A stretch of 64,000 nt of DNA, taken from positions 1,712-65,711 of the forward strand of contig DASRZL010000126.1 of assembly GCA_035686425.1 (NCBI GenBank). The letters are read 5' to 3'. Below, in pieces: positions 48,613 to 59,531 of the stretch; the first letter of the stretch is position 1; each line of letters starts with the position of its first letter. The stretch is from Thermoleophilia bacterium (GTDB taxonomy: Bacteria; Actinomycetota; Thermoleophilia; UBA2241). The notes beneath the pieces were generated by a model that saw only the letters and a program-made list of their open reading frames with translations, did not search any database and was not told the DNA's origin. A program made the translations under genes and the position numbers.

Positions 48613-50115
48613 GTGACGGCGCTGGATCCACTGCGTCTCACGGCGCGCGACGCCAAGCGGCTGCTTGTGGACGGGGAGATCTCCTCCGCCGAACTCGCCA
48701 AGGTCTACCTCGATCAGATCGGTGCGGTCGAGTCCAGGGTGCGCGCCTACATCCTCGTGACCGCGGACAACGCCGCCAAGTACTCGACGAAGGTCGACCG
48801 GGAGATGCAGGCGATGCGCGGTCCGCTCGCGGGTCTTCCCATCGCCGTCAAGGACAACATGGTCACCGAGGGCGTCACCACCACCTGCGCCTCGAAGATC
48901 CTGCGCAACTACCAACCGGTCTACACGGCCACGGCGGTGCGCCAGGTGTGGGAGGACCACGTGGTCATGCTGGGCAAGACCAACCTCGACGAGTTCGCCA
49001 TGGGCTCGAGCACCGAGAACTCGTCGTACCAGGTCACGGCCAATCCCTGGGACCTCTCCACCGTGCCGGGCGGCAGCAGCGGCGGCTCTGCCGCCGCCGT
49101 GGCCGCCGGTGAGACTCTGTGGGCGCTGGGCAGCGACACAGGCGGCTCCATCCGTCAGCCGGCCGCCCTGTGCGGCATCGTCGGCATGAAGCCTACCTAC
49201 GGCGCCGTGAGCCGCTACGGGCTCATCGCCTTCGCCAGCTCGCTCGACCAGATCGGGCCGCTCACACGCTCCGTCTACGATTGCGCGCTGCTGCTTCAGC
49301 ACATCGCCGGGCGCGACCTGCGGGACTCGACCAGCGTCGAACTGCCCGAGCCGGTCGCGCTGCCGACGGCAGAGCGGCTCGACGGGCTGCGCGTCGGCGT
49401 GCCGTCCGAGTACCTGGCCGCCGGCATCGAGCCCGGAGTGCGGGCACGCTTCGACGAGACGCTCGCGCGCGTCGAGGAGCTTGGCGGCGCGTGCGTCGAG
49501 ATCAGCCTGCCACACACGGAGTACGCCCTGCCGGCGTACTACATCATCGCCCCGGCCGAGGCGAGCGCGAACCTCGCCCGCTTCGACGGCGTCCGCTACG
49601 GCTACCGCTGCGCCGACCCGGTCGACTTGCGCGATCTCTACGAACGTACTCGCGGGGAGGGGTTCGGCCCGGAGGTCAAGCGCCGCATCATGATCGGCAC
49701 GTACGCGCTGTCGGCCGGCTACTACGACGCCTACTACGGGCGCGCCCAGAAGGTGCGCACCATGGTGCGCCGCGACTTCGACCGCGCCTTCGGCGACGTC
49801 GACCTGATCGCCTCGCCGACGTCGCCGACCGTCGCCTTCAAGGCCGGCTCGCGCACCGCCGACCCGCTCGCCATGTACGTCAGTGACATCTGCACGATCC
49901 CGGTGAACCTCGCCGGCCTGCCTGCGATCAGCATCCCCTGCGGTCTCAGCGACGGTCTGCCGGTGGGCTTCCAGCTCATCGGACCGGCCTTCAGCGAGAA
50001 CCGCATCCTTTCGGCTGCGCACGCGCTCGAGGGCACGATCGGCTTCGACACGGCGCCGGCCTTCCGCGACTCCGGCGCCGGTGATCTGGGCGTCGGCGAG
50101 GAGGCAGCGCAGTGA
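48613..50115 (+). CDS. gatA: Glutamyl-tRNA(Gln) amidotransferase subunit A
   Basis: Amidase signature GGSSGGSAAAVAAG, catalytic K/S/S. Confidence 0.9.
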   Translation: MTALDPLRLTARDAKRLLVDGEISSAELAKVYLDQIGAVESRVRAYILVTADNAAKYSTKVDREMQAMRGPLAGLPIAVKDNMVTEGVTTTCASKILRNYQPVYTATAVRQVWEDHVVMLGKTNLDEFAMGSSTENSSYQVTANPWDLSTVPGGSSGGSAAAVAAGETLWALGSDTGGSIRQPAALCGIVGMKPTYGAVSRYGLIAFASSLDQIGPLTRSVYDCALLLQHIAGRDLRDSTSVELPEPVALPTAERLDGLRVGVPSEYLAAGIEPGVRARFDETLARVEELGGACVEISLPHTEYALPAYYIIAPAEASANLARFDGVRYGYRCADPVDLRDLYERTRGEGFGPEVKRRIMIGTYALSAGYYDAYYGRAQKVRTMVRRDFDRAFGDVDLIASPTSPTVAFKAGSRTADPLAMYVSDICTIPVNLAGLPAISIPCGLSDGLPVGFQLIGPAFSENRILSAAHALEGTIGFDTAPAFRDSGAGDLGVGEEAAQ

Positions 50116-51617
50116 ACAGCCACCGTGGGGGAGCTGTCGAGCCGGGTACCGGAGGCGCATCACTCCGTGCCTGGGAGCCGGTGATCGGGCTCGAGATGCA
50201 CGTCGAGCTCGACACGCAGACCAAGATGTTCTGCGGTTGCGCCGTCGCCAAGGGCGACGACCCCAACACCCACACCTGTCCGGTCTGCCTGGCTCACCCC
50301 GGCGCGCTGCCGGTGGTGAACCGGCGCGCCGTCGAGTACGCGGCGCGCATCGCGCTGGCGCTGCACTGCACCGTGCAGCCGCGCAACATCTTCCACCGCA
50401 AGAACTACTTCTATCCGGACCTGCCCAAGGCGTATCAGATCAGCCAGTATGACGAGCCGCTCGCGACTGCGGGGTGGTTCGAGTACTGGGTGGCCGGCGA
50501 GAACCTCCGTTGCCGCATCAATCGCGTGCACATGGAGGAGGACGCCGCCAAGCTCATCCACGCCGGCGGCGACACCGGGCGCATCGCCGGCTCGGACTAT
50601 TCGATGGTCGACTTCAATCGCGGCGGCACGCCGCTCATCGAGATCGTCACCGAGCCGGACATCCCGTCGCCGGAGGCGGCCCGCGAGTTCCTCCAGCAGC
50701 TGCGCAACCTCGTCGTCGAGCTGGGCGTCAGCGAGTGCAACATGGAGGAGGGGCAGATCCGCTGGGACGCCAACATCAGCATTCGGCCGGAGGGTAGCGA
50801 GGATCTCGGGACGCGCACCGAGCTCAAGAACATGAACAGCTTCCGCTACCTGCAGCAGGCCCTGGACGCGGAGATCCCCCGCCAGATCGAGATCCTCGAG
50901 GCCGGCGGGACGATCGATCTCGAGACCCTGCACTTCGACCCCGACACCGGCACCACGACGCCGCTGCGCAGCAAGGAGGAGGCGCACGACTACCGGTACT
51001 TCCCGGAGCCCGACCTGGTGCCTCTGGAGATCGATCCGGCCTGGGTGGAGGAGCTGCGCGCGACGCAGCCGGAGTTGCCGGCGGCGCGCGTGGAGCGCTT
51101 CACGACCGTCTACGGCCTCTCGCGTGCCGATGCCACCGTGCTCGGCTCGTCGGGGGCGCTCGCCGGGTTCTACGAGGAGGTCGTCGCGGCCGGGGTCGGC
51201 GCCAAGCCGGCGGCCAACTGGACGATGGGCGAGTACCTCGCCCATCTCAACGCCGCCGGCCTCGAGGCCGGCCACGGCCACGTCACTGCGGAGCGGCTCG
51301 CCAGGCTCGTGAAGCTCGTCGAGGAGGGGACCGTCTCGACGAGCGCCGGCAAGGAGGTCTTCGCGCACATGATCGAGGAGCGCGACGAGCCAGAAGCCAT
51401 GATCGAGAAGCACGGCCTCGGTCAGATCAGCGACTCGGCGGAGCTCGAGGCCATCGTCGCCGAGGTCGTGGCCGCCAACCCGGCCCAGGCCGAGCAGTAC
51501 CGCGGCGGCAAGCAGCAGATCATCGGCTTCTTCGTCGGCCAGGTGATGAAGGCCAGTGGTGGGCGCGCCAACCCCAAGGTCGTGAACGACCTTCTCCGGC
51601 GCGACCTCGACGCATGA
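50112..51617 (+). CDS. gatB: Aspartyl/glutamyl-tRNA amidotransferase subunit B
   Basis: VIGLEMHVEL...CGC..C...HPGALP N-terminal GatB signature; start choice uncertain. Confidence 0.9.
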   Translation: MNSHRGGAVEPGTGGASLRAWEPVIGLEMHVELDTQTKMFCGCAVAKGDDPNTHTCPVCLAHPGALPVVNRRAVEYAARIALALHCTVQPRNIFHRKNYFYPDLPKAYQISQYDEPLATAGWFEYWVAGENLRCRINRVHMEEDAAKLIHAGGDTGRIAGSDYSMVDFNRGGTPLIEIVTEPDIPSPEAAREFLQQLRNLVVELGVSECNMEEGQIRWDANISIRPEGSEDLGTRTELKNMNSFRYLQQALDAEIPRQIEILEAGGTIDLETLHFDPDTGTTTPLRSKEEAHDYRYFPEPDLVPLEIDPAWVEELRATQPELPAARVERFTTVYGLSRADATVLGSSGALAGFYEEVVAAGVGAKPAANWTMGEYLAHLNAAGLEAGHGHVTAERLARLVKLVEEGTVSTSAGKEVFAHMIEERDEPEAMIEKHGLGQISDSAELEAIVAEVVAANPAQAEQYRGGKQQIIGFFVGQVMKASGGRANPKVVNDLLRRDLDA

Positions 51618-51655
51618 CCTGCCGTACCCGTGACCACGTTCGTCCACCGAGGTAG

Positions 51656-52915
51656 GTGACCATGACCAGCGATCTCTCCAGCTTCGTCATCGCCAGGGCC
51701 AGGCCGGCCGAGCCGGCGGTCCGCATCGACGACACCACGCTCCGCGACGGGGAGCAGACCGCCGGTGTCGTGTTCAGTAATCACGAGAAGATCCGCATCG
51801 CCAAGCTCCTCGACGAGGTCGGCGTCCATCAGATCGAGGTCGGCATCCCGGCCATGGGCGGCGACGAGAAGGCGACGATCAGGGAGATCGTCGACCTGGG
51901 CCTCGACACGTCGATCCTCGCCTGGAATCGCGCCGTCGTTGACGACGTGCGACACTCTGTCGACTGCGGCGTCGACGCCGTGGCGATCAGCATGTCCGCC
52001 AGCGACATCCACATCGAGCACAAGCTGCAGAAGAGCCGCCAGTGGGTGCTCGACCAGATCCGTGAGTGCGTCGCCTTCGCCAAGGACCAGAACCTGTACG
52101 TCTCCGTGAATGCCGAGGACGCCTCGCGCTCCGACCTCGAGTTCCTGCTGCGCTTCTGCCGGGCGGCCAAGGAGGAGGGCGCCGACCGCCTGCGCTTCTG
52201 CGACACTCTGGGCATCCTCGACCCCTTCGACACGTACAACGTGATCACGTTCCTCAAGAAGGAGGGCGGGCTCGACATCGAGATGCACACGCACGACGAT
52301 TTCGGCATGGCGACCGCCAACGCCTTGGCCGGCATCAAGGCCGGCGCCAACTACGTGAACACCACCGTCAACGGCCTCGGCGAGCGAGCAGGGAACGCCG
52401 CCCTCGAGGAGGTCGTGATGGCGCTCAAGCACCTCGGCAAGGTCGACGTCGGCCTGCAAACGAGCCGCTTCCGCGAGCTCAGCGAGTACGTCGCCGCCGC
52501 CTCCGCGCGGACCATCCCGGCGTGGAAGAGCATCGTGGGCACCAACGTGTTCGCCCACGAGAGCGGCATCCACGCCGACGGCGTCATCAAGAACCCGCTC
52601 AACTACGAGGCCTTCGCGCCCGAGGACGTGGGCCTCGAGCGCCAGATCGTCGTCGGCAAGCACTCCGGCTCGCGCACGATCTACCGCAAGTTCCAGGAGT
52701 TCGGCCTGGAGCTCACGCAGGCCGATTGCCAGGGCGTGCTCGCGCTGGTCCGCAAGACGGCGGTCGAGCTCAAGCGGGCCCTGTTCGACAAGGAGCTCAT
52801 GTACATCTACCAGGACTACCTGGGGCGTCTCGGCGACGCAGTGCCCGTGGGGAAGGACAGAGACGCGGCCGGACCCGATGCTCCCGCCGCCTCTGAATCC
52901 GGAGCCGCGACGTGA
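51656..52915 (+). CDS. Homocitrate synthase / (R)-citramalate synthase (short-form LeuA/NifV family)
   Basis: DTTLRDGEQ, HxHDDFG motifs; lacks the LeuA C-terminal regulatory domain. Confidence 0.75.
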   Translation: MTMTSDLSSFVIARARPAEPAVRIDDTTLRDGEQTAGVVFSNHEKIRIAKLLDEVGVHQIEVGIPAMGGDEKATIREIVDLGLDTSILAWNRAVVDDVRHSVDCGVDAVAISMSASDIHIEHKLQKSRQWVLDQIRECVAFAKDQNLYVSVNAEDASRSDLEFLLRFCRAAKEEGADRLRFCDTLGILDPFDTYNVITFLKKEGGLDIEMHTHDDFGMATANALAGIKAGANYVNTTVNGLGERAGNAALEEVVMALKHLGKVDVGLQTSRFRELSEYVAAASARTIPAWKSIVGTNVFAHESGIHADGVIKNPLNYEAFAPEDVGLERQIVVGKHSGSRTIYRKFQEFGLELTQADCQGVLALVRKTAVELKRALFDKELMYIYQDYLGRLGDAVPVGKDRDAAGPDAPAASESGAAT

Positions 52916-54219
52916 ACAGCATCCGCAGGCACGCTATCGAGCGGGGCGCCGAAGGGGCACCGCTCCGCCCGGCGACGCTTGCCGAGCAGCTGCTCGCCGC
53001 GCACGCCGGGCTCGACTCCGTCGTCCCCGGTCAGATCGTCGTCTGCGACGTCGACGTCGCCATCGCCCAGGACGGCACCGGGCCGCTCGCCATCGAGCAG
53101 ATCGCGGAGCTCGGCATCACCCGTGTGAAGGCGCCGACCTGCGTCTTCTTCATCGACCACGCGGCGCCGGCGCCGCGCAGCGAGCTGGCCAATGCGCAGA
53201 AGACGATCAGAGCCTTCTGCGCATCCTCCGGCGCGACGCTGAGCGACGTCGAAATGGGCGTGTGCCACCAGCGCGTGGCCGAGAGCTTCGCGAAGCCAGG
53301 CGACCTCGTCATCGGCGCCGACTCGCACACCTGCATGGCCGGCGCGCTCGGCGCCTTCGCCACCGGCATGGGCAGCACGGACGTCGCCGTGGGCATGGTC
53401 AGCGGCAAGACGTGGCTGCGCGTGCCGGAGACGTACCGCATCGAGGTCTCGGGCGTGTTCGCGCCAGGCATCGAGGCCAAGGACCTGATGCTCACCCTGA
53501 TCGGCGAGCTCGGCGCCGACGGCGCCACGTACAAGGCGCTGGAGTTCGGCGGACCCGGCATCGACGCGATGCCCATGCACAGCCGCTTCACGCTCAGCAA
53601 CATGGCCGTTGAGGCCGGCGCCAAGTGCGGCCTCATGCCCAGCGACGACGTGACCCGCGCCTATCTCGCCGGGCTGGGTCGCGAGGAGGGCTGGCGAGCG
53701 CTCTTCCCGGACGCCGGCGCGGCGTACGAACGAGTCGTCGAGTTCGACGCCGGCGCGGTCGTGCCCACGGTCGCGCGGCCGCACACCGTGGACAACACTG
53801 CCGCCGCCGCGGAACTCGCGGGCACGAAGGTCGACCAGGTGCTCATCGGCACGTGCACCAACGGCCGCCTCGACGACCTGCGCTCGGCTGCGCGCATCCT
53901 GCGCGGCCGCCGCCGCGCGCCGGGCACGCGCCTCATCGTCACGCCGGCCTCGCAGGCCACCGCCCGCGCCGCGGCCGCCGAAGGCCTGCTGGAGGTCTTC
54001 TGGGAGGCCGGCGCCGTGGTCACCAACCCCGGCTGCGGCGCCTGCGTGGGTATCCACGAGGGCATCCTCGCCGACGGCGAGGTGTGTCTGAGCACGGCCA
54101 ACCGCAACTTCCACGGCCGCATGGGCAATCCGGAGGCCTTCATCTACCTGGGCTCGCCGGCCACCGCGGCCGCGACGGCCGTGGCCGGCGAGATCACCGA
54201 TCCACGCGAGCTACTCTAG
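52912..54219 (+). CDS. 3-isopropylmalate/homoaconitate dehydratase large subunit (archaeal-type LeuC/HacA)
   Basis: Aconitase-family Cys ligands ([15 protein letters not shown]), about 435 aa. Confidence 0.8.
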   Translation: MNSIRRHAIERGAEGAPLRPATLAEQLLAAHAGLDSVVPGQIVVCDVDVAIAQDGTGPLAIEQIAELGITRVKAPTCVFFIDHAAPAPRSELANAQKTIRAFCASSGATLSDVEMGVCHQRVAESFAKPGDLVIGADSHTCMAGALGAFATGMGSTDVAVGMVSGKTWLRVPETYRIEVSGVFAPGIEAKDLMLTLIGELGADGATYKALEFGGPGIDAMPMHSRFTLSNMAVEAGAKCGLMPSDDVTRAYLAGLGREEGWRALFPDAGAAYERVVEFDAGAVVPTVARPHTVDNTAAAAELAGTKVDQVLIGTCTNGRLDDLRSAARILRGRRRAPGTRLIVTPASQATARAAAAEGLLEVFWEAGAVVTNPGCGACVGIHEGILADGEVCLSTANRNFHGRMGNPEAFIYLGSPATAAATAVAGEITDPRELL

Positions 54220-54232
54220 AAGGGAGGGCGTT

Positions 54233-54754
54233 ATGGCCAAGCAGTACAGCGGACCCCCGCAGATGGTCATCGACCCCAGCAAGCGCTACATCGCCACGAT
54301 CGCCACCGACGGCGGCGACATCGTCATCGAGCTGTTCGCCGACAAGGCCCCGCGCACCGTCAACAACTTCGTCTTTCTCGCCCAGGACGGTTACTACGAC
54401 GGCGTGACGTTCCACCGCGTCATCAAGGGCTTCATGGCGCAGGGCGGGGACCCCACCGGTAGCGGCAGCGGCGGCCCCGGCTACCGCTTCGAGGACGAGT
54501 TCCACCCGTCGCTGAAGCACGACGAGCCCGGCATGCTCTCGATGGCCAACGCCGGGCCCGGAACCAACGGTTCGCAGTTCTTCATCACCTACACGGCGAC
54601 GCCACACCTCGATGGCAAGCACACCGTCTTCGGGCGCGTCATCGAAGGCATGGACGTCGTCGACGCGATCCCCGAGCGCGACCCGATGCGGGCCAGGGAG
54701 CCCGGAGTCGCCATGAACTCGGTGGCGATCCGGGAGGAGGAGTGGGTGACGTGA
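54233..54754 (+). CDS. Peptidyl-prolyl cis-trans isomerase, cyclophilin type
   Basis: [21 protein letters not shown] motifs. Confidence 0.85.
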   Translation: MAKQYSGPPQMVIDPSKRYIATIATDGGDIVIELFADKAPRTVNNFVFLAQDGYYDGVTFHRVIKGFMAQGGDPTGSGSGGPGYRFEDEFHPSLKHDEPGMLSMANAGPGTNGSQFFITYTATPHLDGKHTVFGRVIEGMDVVDAIPERDPMRAREPGVAMNSVAIREEEWVT

Positions 54755-55272
54755 GCGAGGAGCTCCTGCTCGGCCGGGCCTGGCTGTTCGGTGACGACAT
54801 CAGCACCGACCACATCGCGCCCGGCCGGCTGTTTCACCTGCGCACGGACCTTCCCGAGCTCGCCAAGCACGTGCTCGAGGACGCGCGGTCGGAGTTCGCC
54901 GGCGAGCTGCGCCCGGGCGACTTCGTCGTGGGCGGCCGCAACTTCGGTCTCGGCTCGAGCCGCGAGCACGCGCCGCGCATCATCAAGATGGCCGGCGTCG
55001 GCGCCGTGCTGGCGCAGAGCTTCGCGCGCATCTTCTTCCGCAACGCGATCAACGTCGGGTTGCCGGTGCTGCAGTGCGACACGTCGGGCATCGGCGAGCA
55101 CGACGACCTCGAGGTCGACCTGGCCGCCGGCGAGGTCCGCGACCTGACTTCCGACGCCGTGATCCCGTTCGTGCCGCTGCCGCCGGTGATGGTGACCATC
55201 CTGAACGACGGCGGCCTGGTGCCCCACGTCAAGAAGCACGGCGGCTTCGCGCTGCCGGGAGGACAAGCATGA
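54742..55272 (+). CDS. 3-isopropylmalate/homoaconitate dehydratase small subunit (LeuD-like)
   Basis: GDDISTDHI...[14 protein letters not shown] aconitase swivel-domain motifs. Confidence 0.8.
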   Translation: MGDVSEELLLGRAWLFGDDISTDHIAPGRLFHLRTDLPELAKHVLEDARSEFAGELRPGDFVVGGRNFGLGSSREHAPRIIKMAGVGAVLAQSFARIFFRNAINVGLPVLQCDTSGIGEHDDLEVDLAAGEVRDLTSDAVIPFVPLPPVMVTILNDGGLVPHVKKHGGFALPGGQA

Positions 55273-56273
55273 CTCATACCGTGACGCTCATCCCCGGCGA
55301 CGGAACCGGCCCGGAACTGGCCGCCGCGCTCGAGATCGTGATCGCCGCCACCGGCGTGCCCATCGTCTGGGAAGTCCACGACGCCGGCCTCGACGTGATG
55401 GAGGAGCACGGCACGCCGCTGCCGCAGCACGTCATCGACTCGATCCGCCGGACGAAGGTGGCGATCAAAGGGCCCATCACGACGCCCGTGGGCAAGGGCT
55501 TCCGCAGCGTCAACGTGGCGCTGCGCAAGGAGCTCGAGCTGTACGCCTGCCTGCGTCCCGCCAAGACGATGAAGGGCGTGCGCACCCGCTTCGACGACAT
55601 CGACCTCGTCGTCGTGCGCGAGAACACCGAGGACCTCTACGCCGGCATCGAGCACATGGTCGGCGAGGACGCCGCGGAGAGCATCAAGATCATCACCCGA
55701 AAGGGTAGCGAGCGGATCGCGCGCTTCGCCTTCGAGTACGCGGTCCGGCACGGCCGCCGCAAGGTCACCGCCGTGCACAAGGCCAACATCATGAAGTGCA
55801 CCGACGGGCTCTTCCTCGCGGTCGCCCGGGAGGTCGCCGAGGCCTACCCGCAGATCGAGTTCGAGGACCGCATCGTCGACAACATGTGCATGCAGCTGGT
55901 GCAGAAGCCCGAGCTCTACGACGTGCTCGTGCTCCCGAACCTCTACGGCGACATCGTCAGCGACCTGTGCGCCGGGCTGATCGGAGGGCTCGGCGTCGCG
56001 CCCGGCGCCAACATCGGCGCGGACGCGGCCGTGTTCGAGCCCGTGCACGGCAGTGCGCCCAAGTACGCCGGTCAGGACAAGGTGAACCCCACGGCGCTGC
56101 TCCGCTCCGGAGTGCTGCTGCTCGAGCACCTCGGAGAGGACGCGGCTGCGAGACGGATGGAAGACGCCATCGCCGCCGTCATCTCCGAGGGCAAGGACGT
56201 GACCTACGACCTCGGCGGCTCTGCCGGCACGTCCGGCATGGCCGCCGCCATCGCTGACCGGATCGCCGGCTGA
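55269..56273 (+). CDS. Homoisocitrate/3-isopropylmalate dehydrogenase family (decarboxylating, NAD-dependent)
   Basis: [13 protein letters not shown]-terminus, NLYGDIVSD metal-site motif; ATG at 55269 after GGAGGACAAGC. Confidence 0.8.
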   Translation: MTHTVTLIPGDGTGPELAAALEIVIAATGVPIVWEVHDAGLDVMEEHGTPLPQHVIDSIRRTKVAIKGPITTPVGKGFRSVNVALRKELELYACLRPAKTMKGVRTRFDDIDLVVVRENTEDLYAGIEHMVGEDAAESIKIITRKGSERIARFAFEYAVRHGRRKVTAVHKANIMKCTDGLFLAVAREVAEAYPQIEFEDRIVDNMCMQLVQKPELYDVLVLPNLYGDIVSDLCAGLIGGLGVAPGANIGADAAVFEPVHGSAPKYAGQDKVNPTALLRSGVLLLEHLGEDAAARRMEDAIAAVISEGKDVTYDLGGSAGTSGMAAAIADRIAG

Positions 56274-56335
56274 CGGCCGGCCCGGCGGCGGCCGCTGAGC
56301 GGCTGCCGCCCAGCCGGCCCGAGAGGAGGCCTCTC

Positions 56336-56626
56336 ATGGAAGAAGACGAACGCCACATCAACCTGCATGCCACGCCCGAGATGATGGCGGGGGTGTACGC
56401 CAACTTCGCCAACGTCAGTCACTCGGACTACGAGTTCTCGCTCACCTTCGTGCGGCTCGATCACGAAAGCGAGGAGCCCGACGAGATGACTGGCGTCGTC
56501 GTGAGCCGCGTGAACCTGTCGCCGCGCTTCATGAAGGAACTCCTCGACGCCATGAGCGACAATTACGGCAAGTGGCTCCAGGCGGAGAACATCAAGAATC
56601 TGCCGGAGGCTCCCGGCAGGGATTGA
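56336..56626 (+). CDS. DUF3467 domain protein
   Basis: 96-aa acidic protein with GGAGG RBS; motif YANFANVSHSDYEFSLTF typical of DUF3467. Confidence 0.5.
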   Translation: MEEDERHINLHATPEMMAGVYANFANVSHSDYEFSLTFVRLDHESEEPDEMTGVVVSRVNLSPRFMKELLDAMSDNYGKWLQAENIKNLPEAPGRD

Positions 56627-56866
56627 GCGCCGCCACGCGCGTCTGTTCGGGGTGGCGTCGCCGTTCGTGCCAGAATGGCCAAGCGGCTGCACGTTTCGGC
56701 TCCGTTTTGCCCTGCAAGCGGCGCGTTTCGCGGCATTGCCGCACCGCGCTGCGTTGGCTAGAATAGCCAAGCCTGTACTCCCACCGCTCCCGCGTTCTCG
56801 GCCGGGGCTCGCTCCACCGGCGCGCGGGGCGTTGGCGATTTCGTCGCACGTCTTCAGGAGGACGCA

Positions 56867-58657
56867 TTGGACTTCTACCAAGGCAAAGTACTCAGGATCG
56901 ACCTGAGTGCGAGCACCTCCGCCGTCGAGCCGCTCAACATGGAGTGGGCCGAGAAGTACATCGGCGGCAAGGGTCTGCTCCTGCGCTACATGTGGGAGGA
57001 TATACTGCCGGGTCTCGACCCCTGGGCTGCCGACAACCCCGTATACCTCGTGACCGGACCGTTCGCCGGCACCAACGTCAGCACCTCGTCGCGGCTCATC
57101 GTGGGCTGCAAGAGCCCGGTGACCGGCGTCCTCAACGACAGCTACGTGGGCGGTTCGTTCGCCCCGGAGATGAAGTTCGCAGGCTACGACATCATCATCA
57201 TCTCCGGCCGCGCTCCCGAACCGACGGTCGTCACGATCAAGGACGACGTGGTCGAGTTCCGGCCGGCGCAGCCCAAGTACTGGGGCATGAAGACCTCGGC
57301 GATCGAGCAGGCGCTGCGCGACGATTTCGACCCTGGCGCCAAGGTGCTTTCCATCGGCCCGGCCGGTGAGCAGAAGGTGCCGTGGGCCTGCGTCTCCACC
57401 GACCAGTATCACAAGGCCGGACGTGGCGGCCACGGCGCTCTGCTGGGTGACAAGAACCTCAAGGCCGTCGCCATCCGGGGCACGGGCTCTGTGAGCGTCG
57501 GTGACGCCAAGGAGTTCCTCGCCGACGTGTGGCGTATGCACGACGAGTACGTCCTCACCGACGACAACTACTGGGTCCACGAGGAGGGCACGCCGATCCT
57601 CGTCGACCTCGTCAACGGCGCCGGCGCGCTGCCGACCCGCAACTGGTCCGAGGGCGAGTTCGAGGGCGCCGGCAGCATCAATTCGGAGTCGTTCCAGAAG
57701 ATCCGTCTCAAGAAGCGCGCCTGCTACCAGTGCGCCATCGCGTGCCGCAACTTCCATGGGGTGGAGCAGGGCGGCGAGATGGTGCAGGGGGAGGGTCCCG
57801 AGTACGAGACCATCGCCCTGTGCGGCTCCAACTGCGGCATCGGCGACATCGCCGCCCTGGTGCGCTTCAACGAGCTCTGCGACGAGTGGGGGATGGACAC
57901 CATCTCGACCGGCTCCGTCCTCGGCCTCGCCATGGACCTCACCGAGAAGGGCATCAAGGACTTCGGCGTACGCTTCGGCGACGTCGACGGCTACCTCGGG
58001 GCGCCGGAGCTCATGGCGACCCGCACCGGTGTCGGCGAAGAGCTGGCTCTCGGCGCGAAGCATCTGGCCGAGAAATACGGCGTCTCGGAGCTGGCCATGG
58101 AGGTCAAGAACCTCGAGCTGCCGGGCTACGACCCGCGCGGCACCTTCGGCATGAGTCTCTCGTACTCGACCTCCGACCGGGGTGGCTGCCACATGCGCTC
58201 CTACCCCGTGGGCGACGAGATCATCACCGGCGACGAACCCGCCGACACGATGGAGGGCAAGGCGGCCTACAACATCAACGGCCAGAACTTCTCGTCGATG
58301 AAGTACCTCGGCATCTGGTGCGACTTCTGGGCCATCGATCTCGATCAGATGAGCCAGCTGCTCAAGCACCTCTGGAAGCGCGAGGTGACCGAAGAAGAGC
58401 TCGCCACCGCGGGCGAGCGTGTCTGGAACCTCGGCCGGCTTTTCAACCTTCGCGAGGGCATGACGGCGGCCGACGACTATCTGCCGGAGCTGCTCCTCAC
58501 CAAGCCCCACAAGAAGGGTCCGTCGGCCGGTCGCGTAATCGGCACGGAGGCCTTCGCTGAGAAGACGCAGGAGTACTACCGCCTCCGCGGCTGGGACGAG
58601 AACGGCGTCCCCACCGAAGACAAACTCGCCGAGCTCGGCGTCGACGTCCGCCTCTAG
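56867..58657 (+). CDS. Aldehyde:ferredoxin oxidoreductase (tungsten-containing AOR family)
   Basis: N-terminal GKVLRIDLS, 4Fe-4S ligands (C..C...C), pterin-binding motifs; TTG start after AGGAGGA; TAG stop. Confidence 0.85.
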   Translation: MDFYQGKVLRIDLSASTSAVEPLNMEWAEKYIGGKGLLLRYMWEDILPGLDPWAADNPVYLVTGPFAGTNVSTSSRLIVGCKSPVTGVLNDSYVGGSFAPEMKFAGYDIIIISGRAPEPTVVTIKDDVVEFRPAQPKYWGMKTSAIEQALRDDFDPGAKVLSIGPAGEQKVPWACVSTDQYHKAGRGGHGALLGDKNLKAVAIRGTGSVSVGDAKEFLADVWRMHDEYVLTDDNYWVHEEGTPILVDLVNGAGALPTRNWSEGEFEGAGSINSESFQKIRLKKRACYQCAIACRNFHGVEQGGEMVQGEGPEYETIALCGSNCGIGDIAALVRFNELCDEWGMDTISTGSVLGLAMDLTEKGIKDFGVRFGDVDGYLGAPELMATRTGVGEELALGAKHLAEKYGVSELAMEVKNLELPGYDPRGTFGMSLSYSTSDRGGCHMRSYPVGDEIITGDEPADTMEGKAAYNINGQNFSSMKYLGIWCDFWAIDLDQMSQLLKHLWKREVTEEELATAGERVWNLGRLFNLREGMTAADDYLPELLLTKPHKKGPSAGRVIGTEAFAEKTQEYYRLRGWDENGVPTEDKLAELGVDVRL

Positions 58658-58669
58658 GAAGGGAATCCG

Positions 58670-59170
58670 ATGCCCCACGTGATGATCAGCAGGAAGAAGT
58701 GCACCGGGTGCCACATGTGCGAGCTGGCGTGCTCGGCCCACCACGAGAACGCCTACCGGCCGTCGGTCGCGCGCCTCTTCTCGGAGTGCAATCCGACCAC
58801 CGCCGAGATCAAGGGTCACACCTGCCTCCAGACCGGCTGCTCCAAGTGCCAGGAGGTCTGCCCGAACGACGCCATCGTGACCAAGAGGATCACGGTGACC
58901 CCCAAGGGCTTCTTCGAGAGCAAGGAGAAGGTCGGGGACACGGTGGACGGCTACGTCCTCGTCGTCGAGGAAGACAAGTGCAACAACTGCGGGGACTGCT
59001 ACGAGGTGTGCCCCACCGGCGTCATCCACGAGCACCCCGACCGCGAGGTCGCCTTCAAGTGCGACCTCTGCGGCGGCGAGCCGCAGTGCATCGCCTTCTG
59101 CCAGAACAAGTACGTGTACGCCGTCGACCTCAAGGTCGACAAGATGGACAAGGAACTGGCGAAGGCCTGA
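58670..59170 (+). CDS. 4Fe-4S dicluster ferredoxin-domain protein (AOR-associated)
   Basis: Multiple CxxCxxCxxxCP motifs. Confidence 0.75.
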   Translation: MPHVMISRKKCTGCHMCELACSAHHENAYRPSVARLFSECNPTTAEIKGHTCLQTGCSKCQEVCPNDAIVTKRITVTPKGFFESKEKVGDTVDGYVLVVEEDKCNNCGDCYEVCPTGVIHEHPDREVAFKCDLCGGEPQCIAFCQNKYVYAVDLKVDKMDKELAKA

Positions 59171-59172
59171 GC

Positions 59173-59442
59173 GTGGCGAAGGTCACGGTCAAGCTTCCCG
59201 TCGGCGCGGTGACCGCGAGCGGCCTCTCGGAGGTCGCGGTCGAGGCCGCCACGGCCGGCGAGGCGCTCGACAAGGCGATCGCCGTCGAGGCCAGCATCCG
59301 CTCACGGGTGTACCGCGACGACGGGCGCATGTACGCGGGCGTCTTCGTCGGCGGTCGCAACGTCAAGCTTGTCGGCGGCCTCGACGCCGAGCTCAAGGAC
59401 GGCGACGTCCTTCGGATCGTGCCGCCGATCTCGGGCGGCTGA
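59173..59442 (+). CDS. MoaD/ThiS family ubiquitin-like sulfur-carrier protein
   Basis: 89 aa, beta-grasp pattern, terminates in a GG dipeptide (PPISGG). Confidence 0.65.
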   Translation: MAKVTVKLPVGAVTASGLSEVAVEAATAGEALDKAIAVEASIRSRVYRDDGRMYAGVFVGGRNVKLVGGLDAELKDGDVLRIVPPISGG

Positions 59443-59531
59443 CCGGGGATCGAGCCGCCGGGCGGGCAGCACTGGACGGGGCGGGCGCTCGTGAGGAGCG
59501 CCCGCCCCGTTCTCATTGGTACACTGGACCC

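Noticed and set aside
51656-56273. Calling the cluster leuA-leuC-leuD-leuB (leucine biosynthesis)
   Set aside because: The synthase lacks the LeuA C-terminal regulatory domain and the dehydratase subunits are of the short archaeal/homoaconitase type. Homocitrate/citramalate-type chain elongation is therefore at least as likely, so specific leu gene symbols were not assigned.
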